From assembly GCA_002498125.1 (NCBI GenBank), contig DAGG01000013.1:18196-82195 (forward strand): DNA of 64,000 nt, given 5' to 3'. Positions 45,986 through 55,644 of the stretch are shown one piece after another. Each line of letters begins with the position of its first letter. Positions within the stretch are counted from its first letter, which is position 1. The notes beneath the pieces are model-generated. The model was not told where the DNA came from and ran no database searches. It saw nothing but the letters and a program-made list of their open reading frames with translations. This stretch comes from Candidatus Woesearchaeota archaeon UBA525. Its GTDB lineage: Archaea; Nanobdellota; Nanobdellia; Woesearchaeales; UBA525. Both the position numbers and the translations under genes were made by a program.

Positions 45986-47206
45986 ATGGTTAGCTTCCGC
46001 GATCCCATCCACGGGGATCTCATCTTCGATGGCGTCATAGAGGAGCTCATTCTCACTGAGGAGTTCCAGCGTCTCTCTGAAGTCAAGCAACTCGGCCTCA
46101 CAGACAAGGTCTACCCTGGCGCGAACCACACGAGATTCTCCCACGCGCTCGGCACCTGCTATCTCACGGGCGAGCTCGCAAAACGTCTGGGCGTACCGAC
46201 CAAGGACCGGATGCTCCTCCAGATTGCGGCGCTCCTGCATGACATAGGCCACTACGATTTCAGCCACGCGGTCGAGCATCTCGCCCCGTACGACCATGAG
46301 GAGAATGGCAAATGGATCATCCTCGGCAAGGCCGAGCTCCCAGGCCGCACAAGCGGGCAGATCGCAAAGGTGCTGCGCAAGCACGGCTTCAAACCTGAGG
46401 ATATAGTGCAACTGCTGCACAAGGAAGGTAGGTTCCCCAAGTTCTACTACACGATGCTCAGCGGTCCGCTCATCGATTGCGACCGCATGGACTACCTGAA
46501 GCGGGACACGTACTGCGCCGGTGCAGTAATCGGAGAGGTGGATGTGCACCGCCTGCTCGGCGTGCTCGTGGTGCATCCGAAGACGAAAGAGCTCGGCATC
46601 ATGCACAAAGGCGTCGCATCGCTTGAGCAGTTCCTCGTCGCGCGCACCCACATGTACCGCCAGGTGTACATGCATCCAGACACTGAGGCTGGCGAGACAA
46701 TGCTACGCAAGGCGGTCCAGTCAAGCAAGAAGATCGCCATCCCACTCATGTACGGTGATGGCCACCTGCTCGCGAGGCTCGCAGAGCACGGCAGCCCCCT
46801 CACCAAAGACCTCGTCCGCAGAATCAGGGCGGGAAAACGCGCGTACTACCCTACTGCGATTACCGTGGATGCGACCGGTAGCGCAAAGCATCTCCTGGAG
46901 CGCGTACGCGCGCTCTACGAAGAGGAATGGACAGATCCCGGCCATACTGAGCGCGAACTGCTCAAACGCACAAAGCTCAGAGAAGGACAACTGCTCGTAT
47001 CATTCCCTGATGCCAAGAAGCACAAGCCGCTGCCCAAGTTCCCAGTCCTACTGAACGAGGGAGAGTGGATAGATTTCTTCGATGTCGCACCCATAGCCAA
47101 GGCTGCAATGGAGGCCCGCGTCTCCAACACAGCGCTCGTCGTGTATGCACCCCTGGAGCATGTGAAGAAGGTGCGCGAGACAACGACAGCCTTCCTCCAA
47201 AAGTAA
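45986..47206 (+). CDS. HD-domain phosphohydrolase (dGTPase/SAMHD1-like dNTP triphosphohydrolase family)
   Basis: HTRFSHALGT...LLHDIGHYDFSH HD motif; 406 aa. TATA atcATTTAAAAga upstream. Confidence 0.65.
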   Translation: MVSFRDPIHGDLIFDGVIEELILTEEFQRLSEVKQLGLTDKVYPGANHTRFSHALGTCYLTGELAKRLGVPTKDRMLLQIAALLHDIGHYDFSHAVEHLAPYDHEENGKWIILGKAELPGRTSGQIAKVLRKHGFKPEDIVQLLHKEGRFPKFYYTMLSGPLIDCDRMDYLKRDTYCAGAVIGEVDVHRLLGVLVVHPKTKELGIMHKGVASLEQFLVARTHMYRQVYMHPDTEAGETMLRKAVQSSKKIAIPLMYGDGHLLARLAEHGSPLTKDLVRRIRAGKRAYYPTAITVDATGSAKHLLERVRALYEEEWTDPGHTERELLKRTKLREGQLLVSFPDAKKHKPLPKFPVLLNEGEWIDFFDVAPIAKAAMEARVSNTALVVYAPLEHVKKVRETTTAFLQK

Positions 47207-47234
47207 TTTATACCCCTCGCCTGGAATCAGGCGC

Positions 47235-47846
47235 ATGAATATCGCCGTTTTATTCGACTGGCTCGTGACGTTCTTCGATGACCAGTTCCTGAAGATCATG
47301 CTCGCGACAGCGCTGCTCTTCCTCCTCGTGTTCTTCACGTGGTGGCTGTACAGGATCATCTCCCGACGCAACATCTTCGTGCTCTTCCACACAAGCAAGA
47401 GCAAGCCACACCCCGACGCCTGGGACCATATCCTCTACGTGCTGAAGTACTTCTTCCTCTTCCCGCTCCTGACATTCGCGGGATTCATCGTGTTCGCATT
47501 CTCACTGTTCATATTGATGAAACCTGCGCTGGCCGCAGACCAGCAGAATGTGCTCTTCATCGCGATAGTCGTCGTCAGCACAATCCGCGTGAGCGCCTAT
47601 GTGAACGAGAACCTCGCTGAGGACCTCGCGAAGCTCATCCCACTCTCCATGATCGCAATCATCCTCACGCATCCGAATTTCGAAACCATCGGACTCAGCA
47701 CAGAGCAGGTGACGGGGTTCTTCATGCTCATCCCCGGCTTCCTCAAATACCTCGTATTCACCATCATGCTCGAAGCGCTCCTGCGTGGCGGCACGTGGCT
47801 CGCGAGGAACATCAACGTCGATGTCCCGAACGACAGCCTCGAGTAG
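47235..47846 (+). CDS. polytopic membrane protein, unknown function
   Basis: Five or six TM helices. Confidence 0.35.
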   Translation: MNIAVLFDWLVTFFDDQFLKIMLATALLFLLVFFTWWLYRIISRRNIFVLFHTSKSKPHPDAWDHILYVLKYFFLFPLLTFAGFIVFAFSLFILMKPALAADQQNVLFIAIVVVSTIRVSAYVNENLAEDLAKLIPLSMIAIILTHPNFETIGLSTEQVTGFFMLIPGFLKYLVFTIMLEALLRGGTWLARNINVDVPNDSLE

Positions 47847-47885
47847 TGACACAGCTTTTTATACCGATATTGAGGCAGCAATAGC

Positions 47886-48770
47886 ATGCGCAACGGAGCC
47901 AAGCACCATCCGATACGCAGGCGTGTCCTGCACCGGCATCGTGTTGAAGCTAAGCAACGGGTGAAACGTGTCAAGCAGAGGATAGAGCTTCCTGCGCTGC
48001 CAGAGCAACCGGTCGAGAGCATCAATACCGGAGAGGCGGCCATCTCGACATCTCCCATCGCTGGCGGGCAGCCGTTACAGCGCAAGCATTCTTTCGCCGA
48101 AGACCTTCACGACTGGATCCTCGGAGGCCAGGACGGACTGGTCAACGTCCTTGGAAGCCTCATGGGAGTGGCCATCGTGACCACGCAGAAGGAGATTGTA
48201 CTCGTCGCAGGACTGGCATCGCTATGCGCAGAGAGCATCAGCATGGCGGCGGTTGCTTACACCTCAGTGAAGGCGAGCCATTCATACTACCATAGCGAGC
48301 ACTACGCACAACGCAAGCTCATCGAGGAGAACCCTGTGCTGCAACGCGAGATACTCATCGACATCTATGAGCACAAGGGATTGTCACGCGCAGATGCGCA
48401 ACGTGTCGTCGCTGAACTGACGAAAGATAAGGCTGTCTGGTTGCAGACGATGATGGAGGAGCACCTCCACATGGCGGCGCCGGAGGAGACCGGTCCTGCC
48501 CATTCCGCCATCGTAGTCGGACTGGCGTCGCTGCTAGGGTCTGCCATCCCACTCCTGCCCTTCTTCTTCCTTAGTGGCATCCCCGCCATCCTCTGGTCCT
48601 CAGGGATCAGCGTGACCGCGCTCTTTGGTCTCGGAGCTATGGGCGCGAAGCTGACCATCGGAGACTGGAAAGCTCGCGGTGTCGAGCTCGCCCTCATCGG
48701 CGGCACTGCAGCGGCAGTGAGCGTGCTCATCGGCTGGGTGTTCGTCAGCGGTATCATCCCAGTAGGATAA
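47886..48770 (+). CDS. VIT1/CCC1 family membrane protein (DUF125), possible iron/manganese transporter
   Basis: GGQDGLVNVLGSLMGVA motif; TATA cTTTTTATAcc about 25 nt upstream. Confidence 0.55.
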   Translation: MRNGAKHHPIRRRVLHRHRVEAKQRVKRVKQRIELPALPEQPVESINTGEAAISTSPIAGGQPLQRKHSFAEDLHDWILGGQDGLVNVLGSLMGVAIVTTQKEIVLVAGLASLCAESISMAAVAYTSVKASHSYYHSEHYAQRKLIEENPVLQREILIDIYEHKGLSRADAQRVVAELTKDKAVWLQTMMEEHLHMAAPEETGPAHSAIVVGLASLLGSAIPLLPFFFLSGIPAILWSSGISVTALFGLGAMGAKLTIGDWKARGVELALIGGTAAAVSVLIGWVFVSGIIPVG

Positions 48771-49010
48771 TCATCTCCTCTTGACGACTGGCGCGTCCAT
48801 GGGCGGAGCGTGGCAGTAGCCCCCGCAACCGCAAGTCGGCCAGCGCATACGCAGCACGCCGCCAGTGATGAGAAGGACTCCGATGAGGAGCCACGGGTTG
48901 ATGAAGGAGAGCCACGCGTTGGCGACGATGACCACACCGATGACGATGATAACGATGCCCCAGCACTTACCACAGTACTCATCCATTAACTCCACTCCGT
49001 GCGTAAGCAC
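48771..49010 (-). CDS. small membrane protein with CGCGGYC motif
   Basis: Two TM helices; Cys-rich C-terminus. Confidence 0.3.
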   Translation of the reverse strand: MLTHGVELMDEYCGKCWGIVIIVIGVVIVANAWLSFINPWLLIGVLLITGGVLRMRWPTCGCGGYCHAPPMDAPVVKRR

Positions 49011-49572
49011 GATAGCGTGCCCTTGGCTTATTTACTTAAGACTGTCCCTGAAGTCTTGCAGCTCGGCACCAAGCACAGGACAGCAACCTTTAAAAAGGGC
49101 TTCAGAATCCACCGGAGTATGGCAAAGATCCACACCCGCGCGAAGCGCCTGCTCGGCATAACGAGCACGCAACGTAAGCACCGCTTCTACTTCACGAGCG
49201 TGACCGCAAAGAAGGGCCACAAGAGCTTCGACACGAAGGAGAAGGCGATGGAGTGGGCCAAGCAGAACAGCGTCGACATGAAGACGCACGAAGTGCACAC
49301 GCTGCGCACGAAGTTCCAAGTCAGGCCGATTCCGCGCCAGTAGTTTCCCATTTCTCTATAATCAACGTAATAGCTAGCTAAAGCGCTGCAGTCACTTCGT
49401 TCCGCACTTTGTCTTCTCCGAACACAAAGTGCCTTGGCGCAAATCTGAGGAGCGACGACAACGAGCGCAGCGAGTTGACAGTGGCGCTCCGAGACAATGC
49501 TCTGAGGGACGAAGAGAATATGCGCCGCAGCGAATAGGGAGAAAGACCGCAGCGCGGTCTACGTCGATAATC

Positions 49573-49580
49573 TATATAAA
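49573..49580 (+). promoter_or_regulatory. TATA box for PIN-rpo7 operon
   Basis: TATATAAA 23-30 nt upstream of ATG 49603. Confidence 0.5.
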
Positions 49581-49602
49581 CAGACCGCGGTTCGCCCTCT
49601 CA

Positions 49603-50022
49603 ATGCGCAAAGTCATCGTCGACACGAACATGCTGCTCGTCCCAGGACAGTTCAAGGTGGACATCTTCACCGAGATCGACCGGGTCATGGACGAGCCGTA
49701 TGAGATCGTCGTCCTCGAAGGCAGCCTCGCGGAGCTGAAGAAGATCGCGGAGACCGGCTCAGGCGAGGACAAACGCGCAGCGAAGCTCGCCGCCATGCTC
49801 GTCGAGCACATGCGCAAACGCGACTTCGCATCGACGGGGAATTGCAAAGCTTTAAAAATCGTCGCCGGTTCTCCCGACAAGTACGTTGATGACGCAATCC
49901 TGGAGATTGCCGAGGACGAGCTGGTAGCCACCAATGATGGTGAGCTCAAGCGTCGTCTTCTCGACAAAGGTGTTCGCGTCATCTACCTGAAGCAACAGCA
50001 GCACCTTGCAATCTCGACCTGA
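49603..50022 (+). CDS. PIN-domain protein conserved upstream of Rpo7 in archaea
   Basis: MRKVIVDTNML PIN N-terminus. The track ORF starts earlier, but TATA placement supports 49603. Confidence 0.6.
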   Translation: MRKVIVDTNMLLVPGQFKVDIFTEIDRVMDEPYEIVVLEGSLAELKKIAETGSGEDKRAAKLAAMLVEHMRKRDFASTGNCKALKIVAGSPDKYVDDAILEIAEDELVATNDGELKRRLLDKGVRVIYLKQQQHLAIST

Positions 50023-50091
50023 GCGAAGGCATCCTTTGTTCATCCGGATCCACGGATCCAACCTAATAGGCCCATCGGGGCGGGTGAAACC

Positions 50092-50667
50092 ATGTTTTAC
50101 AAAGTCGTAGTCAAAGACCACATCAGAGTCAGCCCGAACTACTTCGATAAGGATATCGAGGAAGCGATAGCCACAGAGGCGCGCAACAAGTTCACTGGCT
50201 TCATCAGCAAAGAGCTAGGCATCGTCATCGATGTCATGGACGTCCGCGAAGTCGGCGACGGCATCCTCATCCCTGGGGACGGCGCGCCGTACTACGAGAG
50301 CATCTTCGAGCTGCTCGTCTTCGAGCCGGAGAACCAGGAGATCCTGTCTGGCAAGATCAAGGACATCGCCGATTTCGGTGCGTTCCTCACCATGGGACCG
50401 ATCGACGGCATGGTCCACATCGGGCAGACGATGAACGACTTCGTCACGTACAGCAAGGAGAAGGTGCTCACCGGCAAGGAGAGCAACCGCACGCTGCACG
50501 TCGGCGACAAGTGCGTCGCGAAGATCATCGCAATCAGCTACAAGGATCCGCAGAACCCTAAGTTCGGCCTCACCATGCGTGGCGAGGGACTGGGCAAGGA
50601 GGACTGGATCGAGCCTGACCTGAGCGGAGAGCCGAAGGTCGTCAAGGGCAAGAAGAAGGCAGAATAA
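50092..50667 (+). CDS. rpoE: DNA-directed RNA polymerase subunit E' (Rpo7)
   Basis: S1-domain subunit; MFYKV...GxV N-terminus; 191 aa. Confidence 0.85.
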   Translation: MFYKVVVKDHIRVSPNYFDKDIEEAIATEARNKFTGFISKELGIVIDVMDVREVGDGILIPGDGAPYYESIFELLVFEPENQEILSGKIKDIADFGAFLTMGPIDGMVHIGQTMNDFVTYSKEKVLTGKESNRTLHVGDKCVAKIIAISYKDPQNPKFGLTMRGEGLGKEDWIEPDLSGEPKVVKGKKKAE

Positions 50668-50675
50668 GAGGTGTC

Positions 50676-50864
50676 ATGATGAAGAAGAAAGTATGCCGCA
50701 ATTGCAAACTCTTCACTGAGGAGAACATGTGCCCTATCTGCAAGAAGGACGCGTTCTCCACACAGTGGCAGGGCCGCATCAATTTCGTCAACGCCAAAGA
50801 GAGCTTCATCGCCAAGCAGATGGGCGTCGAAGAGAACGGCGAATACGCAATCAAGGTGAGATGA
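50676..50864 (+). CDS. spt4: transcription elongation factor Spt4 (RNAP subunit E'')
   Basis: CRNC...CPIC zinc ribbon; 62 aa. Confidence 0.8.
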   Translation: MMKKKVCRNCKLFTEENMCPICKKDAFSTQWQGRINFVNAKESFIAKQMGVEENGEYAIKVR

Positions 50865-51038
50865 GCAAGGATAATCACGCGCCGCCTTGGAGTCATCCAG
50901 ATTTTTGCCCGATTCGCAAAGGGAAGCTCCGCTTCCCTGCGCCGAGGAAACAAAATGTTTCCTCCGGCATGCAGGGCAAAAATCGCAAGTCCCGCGAGGG
51001 ACGAGCAGCAAAGCTCCGCGGCGCAAGGAGGAGTGACA

Positions 51039-51362
51039 ATGGACGTTAACATTCAGCACAAGGAGGAGAAACCGCTCCTGCACCGCACCGACGCGCGTGT
51101 ACGCATCGCGTACGAAGGAGCGACACCGCAGCGCACAGCGCTCCAGAGCAGCATCGCAGGAGCGATGAAAGCACAGCCGGGCAACGTGATCGTGCGCCGC
51201 ATCGCGACCGAGTTCGGCAACCAGGCCGCCATCGTCGATGTGAGCGTATACAAGGACAGCAAGGCGCTCGAGCAGTTCGAGCCGGTGCACATGAAGAAGC
51301 GCCACGGCCTTGACAAGAAAGAGGAGCCTGCAGCCGAAGCGGCCGCGGAGAAGAGTGAGTAA
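51039..51362 (+). CDS. rps24e: 30S ribosomal protein S24e
   Basis: Start MDVNIQHKEEKPLLHR preceded by AGGAGG SD. The track ORF begins upstream in an untranslated leader. Confidence 0.8.
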   Translation: MDVNIQHKEEKPLLHRTDARVRIAYEGATPQRTALQSSIAGAMKAQPGNVIVRRIATEFGNQAAIVDVSVYKDSKALEQFEPVHMKKRHGLDKKEEPAAEAAAEKSE

Positions 51363-51364
51363 CC

Positions 51365-51583
51365 ATGGCAGCGAAACCAGCACCTAAGGCAGCGAAGAAG
51401 GGCGCAGGCAAGGAGAAGAAAGCTCCGGGAGCCGCGCGCAGCCGCATCCAGATCTACAAGGTTAACGGGGACAAGCTTGAGCGCACCACGCGCTTTTGTC
51501 CCAAGTGCGGCCCGGGCATCTTCATGGCGAACCACAAGGACCGCTTCACCTGCGGCCACTGCAACTACATGGAGAAGAAGTAG
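51365..51583 (+). CDS. rps27ae: 30S ribosomal protein S27ae (zinc ribbon)
   Basis: CPKCG...CGHC motif; 72 aa. Confidence 0.85.
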   Translation: MAAKPAPKAAKKGAGKEKKAPGAARSRIQIYKVNGDKLERTTRFCPKCGPGIFMANHKDRFTCGHCNYMEKK

Positions 51584-51638
51584 GATTATTTTTTAACTTA
51601 TCGAACAATTTTTAAACGCACCAGCGGCACCATCTAGT

Positions 51639-52010
51639 ATGTCGCGGCTCGCCGGGAAACTGGGAATCCCTCTTCTCGAGGACGAACTTGAGAGGGTACT
51701 CGCTCTCGAGGATGATGATAGCGCCGCGATTGAAGTCGATACGCGGAGGGAGAACAGACGGGGTTACGTCGCGGTGCACGTCTATCTGAAGAGGCAGTTC
51801 GAATCATCCGATGATTTCATGGGCTTCCTGAAGGATAAGAGAATAGCGCAGCCTGAATCGCCACCATTCTCGTCAGGAGGGGGATCAAATGGATACACGA
51901 TTTTCTACGATCGCATGCGCGTGGACTTCTCGTACCATATAGGCCGTCCGTTCGCCCCCTTCATCAAGCACGGGACTGCCCTGCCACGCATAGACACCCG
52001 TAAGTTCTGA
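51639..52010 (+). CDS. hypothetical protein (123 aa)
   Basis: ORF only. Confidence 0.3.
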   Translation: MSRLAGKLGIPLLEDELERVLALEDDDSAAIEVDTRRENRRGYVAVHVYLKRQFESSDDFMGFLKDKRIAQPESPPFSSGGGSNGYTIFYDRMRVDFSYHIGRPFAPFIKHGTALPRIDTRKF

Positions 52011-52278
52011 AGGATATCGGTATCCTGCATCGACCATCCAATGAATCAAAAATAGAGAATTTGTTCTATCTCTTGAATTCGTAGCCGCCTTTGATGTACA
52101 AGTCACCGGCACGGCCAGATAAATTCCAGAAGTATGACCGCATAAGCGACATGAACTCCGATGAACGCGGCGGAATGGTGCGCATCTACGCCTTCAAGAA
52201 TGACGGCGACGGGAACTACAAGTAGCAATCCTCTCTTTTTCATCATCTTTATAATTTCTCGATAATAACCATACAATC

Positions 52279-52548
52279 ATGAGATACTTGCACCACGATC
52301 CGGCTTGCGCAGAAGACTCGTGCAACGTCGATGGAGAGCTGGAATTCAAGTACAAGGGCAGAGAGGTCATCGCCATCATCTACAGCGAACGCGGAAGCAA
52401 CAAGCCACGCGTCAATGTCCTCGGTTATGTCATGCAGAGAGAGGAGCACTCCACTGAGATCGAACGAGTCAGCACAGCTCCCGAGCGCAAGGACATCACG
52501 AAGAGACTCCGGTCCCGAGGTCTCGAGCAGGAGATAGATTTCTTGTGA
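52279..52548 (+). CDS. hypothetical protein (89 aa)
   Basis: ORF; overlaps the downstream methyltransferase by 4 nt. Confidence 0.3.
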   Translation: MRYLHHDPACAEDSCNVDGELEFKYKGREVIAIIYSERGSNKPRVNVLGYVMQREEHSTEIERVSTAPERKDITKRLRSRGLEQEIDFL

Positions 52549-53243
52549 TGCAGCGCCTCGCCGCCATCGTCGAACTCCTCAAGGAGTCGAACAAGCGTAT
52601 AGAGGATTCTAGGGAGGCAGAAGGCACGGGGTTCCTCTCGTTCGATCCAGAGCGGATCGCGCAGACAGTGCTTGAGTTGAGCGCAATCAGTCGGCCTCCC
52701 AGGAGCGTCCTCGACTTGGGCTGCGGAAACGGCCAATTCGCATTGCTCGCCGCGGCGGCAGGTTACCCGTCGTATGGCATCGAGATAGAGCCTCGCCTCA
52801 TCGATGAAGCAAGGCATCTCCACGAGATATGTGTTGAGCGCAATCTAATAGACAAGAATATCCCGTGCAGGTTCGTCGCCGGCGACATGATCCCATTCGA
52901 ATACCGCGAGCAGTACAGGAAGTTCCGGACCGAGCACAACGAGAACGAGGCCAGCATGCCAATATCCGAAGATACCTCCGACCCCTACAAGGAGTTAGGC
53001 ACAAGCATTCAGACAGCGGACATCATCTACTGCTGGTCGTGGCCAGGCCAATCGCGATTCCTCTACAATCTCCTCGAGGATATCGCGAAACCTGACTGCG
53101 TATTCATACTTCCCTCATATGAGCGTTATACGCAAGGAGAGCACATGAACGCTGCTTTCAAGGAAAGGAACCGCCTTGTGCTTACGCGTCTGGCAGAGGT
53201 CCAGGGCCAGACGAGCATCTTCATCGGTCGCCGCGCTCAGTAG
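52545..53243 (+). CDS. class I SAM-dependent methyltransferase
   Basis: VLDLGCGNGQFAL motif I and post-I acidic residue. Confidence 0.6.
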   Translation: MMQRLAAIVELLKESNKRIEDSREAEGTGFLSFDPERIAQTVLELSAISRPPRSVLDLGCGNGQFALLAAAAGYPSYGIEIEPRLIDEARHLHEICVERNLIDKNIPCRFVAGDMIPFEYREQYRKFRTEHNENEASMPISEDTSDPYKELGTSIQTADIIYCWSWPGQSRFLYNLLEDIAKPDCVFILPSYERYTQGEHMNAAFKERNRLVLTRLAEVQGQTSIFIGRRAQ

Positions 53244-53809
53244 CGAACTGTTACATCTCTCGGCGTTTTGCCGATGAGGTCCCACGTATAGATAACGGCA
53301 TCGAAGGGCTCGTATGAAGTGATTCGTACCCAGTCTGCAGGTACCCAGTCCCCTGCAGCGATTACCTGCCGATCTCCCGCGGCACGCTTGATGACTGCGG
53401 CAATGTTATTCTCCTCCCCGTTCCATGCTGTCGAGCAACTGTTCAGAAGTATGGTCGCATCAGGCGCAAGCTGGTTAAAAAAGCTGCGCAACTCCTCCAC
53501 GTCACTACGGTCAATGTAGCGCTTCTCGTCGCAATCGACTCCACAAGGATCATCAGGGCCGCCGAGCGCAATTGATGTCGGCGTGCCATGGCCTCCGATG
53601 ACGAGCAACTTCGCTCCCGCCACAGGCGTACGGTACAGCTCATCCTCTGTCCCTACCTCTGCCATATGCGTCAGGTAGTGCGACTCAATCTGACTGATCA
53701 GCTTTGATTGCGCTGCCCGCGAGAACGATCCAGAAGTATCATACACGGGCATCGTCATGACTGCTTTCGGCTGTGAGAGCGCTGCTGCGAGGATGAGTTC
53801 GAGAAGCAT
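53237..53809 (-). CDS. secreted small protein with His...Cys dyad arrangement (clan-CD caspase-like signature hhhhGGHG ... hhhhNSCS)
   Basis: Signal peptide; LLVIGGHGTP and ILLNSCSTAW motifs. Confidence 0.4.
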   Translation of the reverse strand: MLLELILAAALSQPKAVMTMPVYDTSGSFSRAAQSKLISQIESHYLTHMAEVGTEDELYRTPVAGAKLLVIGGHGTPTSIALGGPDDPCGVDCDEKRYIDRSDVEELRSFFNQLAPDATILLNSCSTAWNGEENNIAAVIKRAAGDRQVIAAGDWVPADWVRITSYEPFDAVIYTWDLIGKTPRDVTVRY

Positions 53810-53812
53810 GCG

Positions 53813-54430
53813 TTACTCCATGAATGTGTAGTCGATTTCCGGCATCGTTCCAGAAGGATACGATTTCCCTACGATGTTTTCGAGACGCACGGTCTTGCCA
53901 GGCATATGACCTCCGTCGATATCTACCTTGCTTGTTATCCGCAGGCGGAATGGGTATCGTGAGATATAATGCTCATTGACGTCGTTGAAGGACGAGGTAG
54001 ATGCGATGACCGTGCGTGTGCCTGCGATGCGCTTGAACTCAGCAGCGAAAGAACCAGGCCCTTTCGCCGTACTGCCGGACCGCAGGTAGATGGTCGCATC
54101 CTCAGGCATGTGCGAGATGGCTTCGCGGAGCGCCTCCATGTCGCCGAGATCGAGCTTACGCGCCTCTCCCTCGCCGGCGCTGAGCGTGATGCCATCGGGC
54201 GTGCCATGTCCTGATATCACGAGCGTATGAGGGCCGGTCCGCATCATCGCGTACACCTTATCCTCAGTATCGACCTCGTACATCCGCACACGGTGCGTCG
54301 ATGCGAGGTAGGTGTCTATCGCCTGTTTTGTCCCGGCGTTACGCGTGAACATCCCTGTATCATAGTTAGGATGGAGGATGACAGCCTGCGGCATAGCCGC
54401 GATAATCAGTGCCGCCACCCATTGGAGCAT
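53813..54430 (-). CDS. secreted paralogue of 53237..53809 with Cys replaced by Gly (likely inactive)
   Basis: Signal peptide; LVISGHGTP retained but IYLRSGSTA has Gly where the paralogue has Cys. Confidence 0.4.
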   Translation of the reverse strand: MLQWVAALIIAAMPQAVILHPNYDTGMFTRNAGTKQAIDTYLASTHRVRMYEVDTEDKVYAMMRTGPHTLVISGHGTPDGITLSAGEGEARKLDLGDMEALREAISHMPEDATIYLRSGSTAKGPGSFAAEFKRIAGTRTVIASTSSFNDVNEHYISRYPFRLRITSKVDIDGGHMPGKTVRLENIVGKSYPSGTMPEIDYTFME

Positions 54431-54526
54431 GCGCCTTCGCGCACAAGTCTGCTCTTAAGGCCTGCGGCATATTCCCGTTGAAAACAAGAGAAATGCTCCT
54501 CATATGAGGAAGCGAAAAAAATAGGA

Positions 54527-54575
54527 GGCGGCGGATTCAATCCGCGTTCCGGCATTCGGAATGCCTGGAATCCCG
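54527..54575. promoter_or_regulatory. two adjacent 15-bp perfect palindromes (GCGGATTcAATCCGC and GGCATTCgGAATGCC), candidate operator
   Basis: Each is a 7+1+7 inverted repeat, 5 nt apart, in a 520-bp divergent intergenic region. Confidence 0.4.
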
Positions 54576-54953
54576 TTAGGGATCATCCTGCCCGTAGTGG
54601 CAGCTCCGGGCGAGGAGCAAGAGATAGCGACGCCTAACAAAAGAGGGGTATGAAGCAGGACCTACTCGTCCTCTTCTATGAGGTCACCACTGCTGTTGAC
54701 CTTCCACTCGTTTGGCGTTGCCATAAGTAGGCGAGGGATTTTCTCCTTTATGAAGGTTGTGTCATCATACTTTTTCGTCTGAGAAATCCACCAAAAGTGC
54801 ATTTTTAGTCATAAGGAAAAGAACGTAAACGACCATATAGAAAATAAATAATTTATTGATGTATTTAAACAAATCGTAGTATTTAAAGAGAGGCACGTAT
54901 CCGCCAGAAGAATTCAAAACCGCAACCATGCTTGCGCTTCTGGAGGTATCACG

Positions 54954-55544
54954 ATGGAACACCAAGTCAAGACATTCGATCTCAAAGGCCTTAATGGTCT
55001 CAGCGACCAGCAGATGGAGCCGCATCGCGACGCGCTCTACGTCGGCTACGTCAAGAAACTCAACGAGATAGAGAAAGCACAGCGCGAGGCCGACCTCACG
55101 AAAGCTAATGGCACATACGCAGAGTTTCGCGAACTGAAGGTAGAGGAGCCGTTCGCGACGAATGCAGTATTCCTCCATGAAGGGTTCTTCGCGAACCTCG
55201 AACACGGCAAGGGTGGCGAGCCGCAGGGAGCGCTGGCCGAGGCGATAGCGAAGGAGTGGGGGAGCTTCGATAAGTGGAAGGCAGAGTTCATCGCCTGCGG
55301 AAAGGCTGCGCGCGGCTGGGCAGTGCTCGCGTACAGCTTCAATGACAACCGCCTGCACAACTACGTGATGGAACGCCACGATATCGGCGGGGTATGGGGC
55401 TGCATCCCGGTGCTCATCCTCGATGTGTATGAGCACGCGTACATGATCGACTTCGGCGTGGACCGCGCAGCATACATCAATACGTTCTTCGAGAACCTGA
55501 ACTGGGACGTCGCAACCCAACGGTACGAGAAGACGCTGAAGTGA
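54954..55544 (+). CDS. sodA: superoxide dismutase (Fe/Mn family)
   Basis: Motifs characteristic of Fe/Mn SOD (HxxK...DVYEHAY); 196 aa. Confidence 0.9.
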   Translation: MEHQVKTFDLKGLNGLSDQQMEPHRDALYVGYVKKLNEIEKAQREADLTKANGTYAEFRELKVEEPFATNAVFLHEGFFANLEHGKGGEPQGALAEAIAKEWGSFDKWKAEFIACGKAARGWAVLAYSFNDNRLHNYVMERHDIGGVWGCIPVLILDVYEHAYMIDFGVDRAAYINTFFENLNWDVATQRYEKTLK

Positions 55545-55644
55545 CCGGCGGGGTTTTATCTTTTCCTTGATTCCTCAGCGCGGGATTTCGAGACTGTAGA
55601 CCACAGCAAAGATAGGCGATATCTTTTTATCCGACAGCGCACTA

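Noticed and set aside
45935-46675. 246-aa minus-strand ORF
   Set aside because: It is antisense to the HD-domain gene and is His/Glu/Val-rich noise.
48999-49343. 114-aa basic ORF between the VIT gene and the PIN gene
   Set aside because: It has no motifs and a biased Lys/Arg/Thr composition, so it was left unannotated.
50538-51559. Minus-strand ORFs of 281 and 168 aa across the rpo7-spt4-S24e-S27ae operon
   Set aside because: They are antisense to a conserved archaeal operon.
54521-54640. Possible tRNA or ncRNA in the palindromic intergenic block
   Set aside because: No acceptor/anticodon/T-arm arrangement could be built on either strand. The hairpins have 1-nt loops, so they are DNA palindromes rather than RNA stem-loops.
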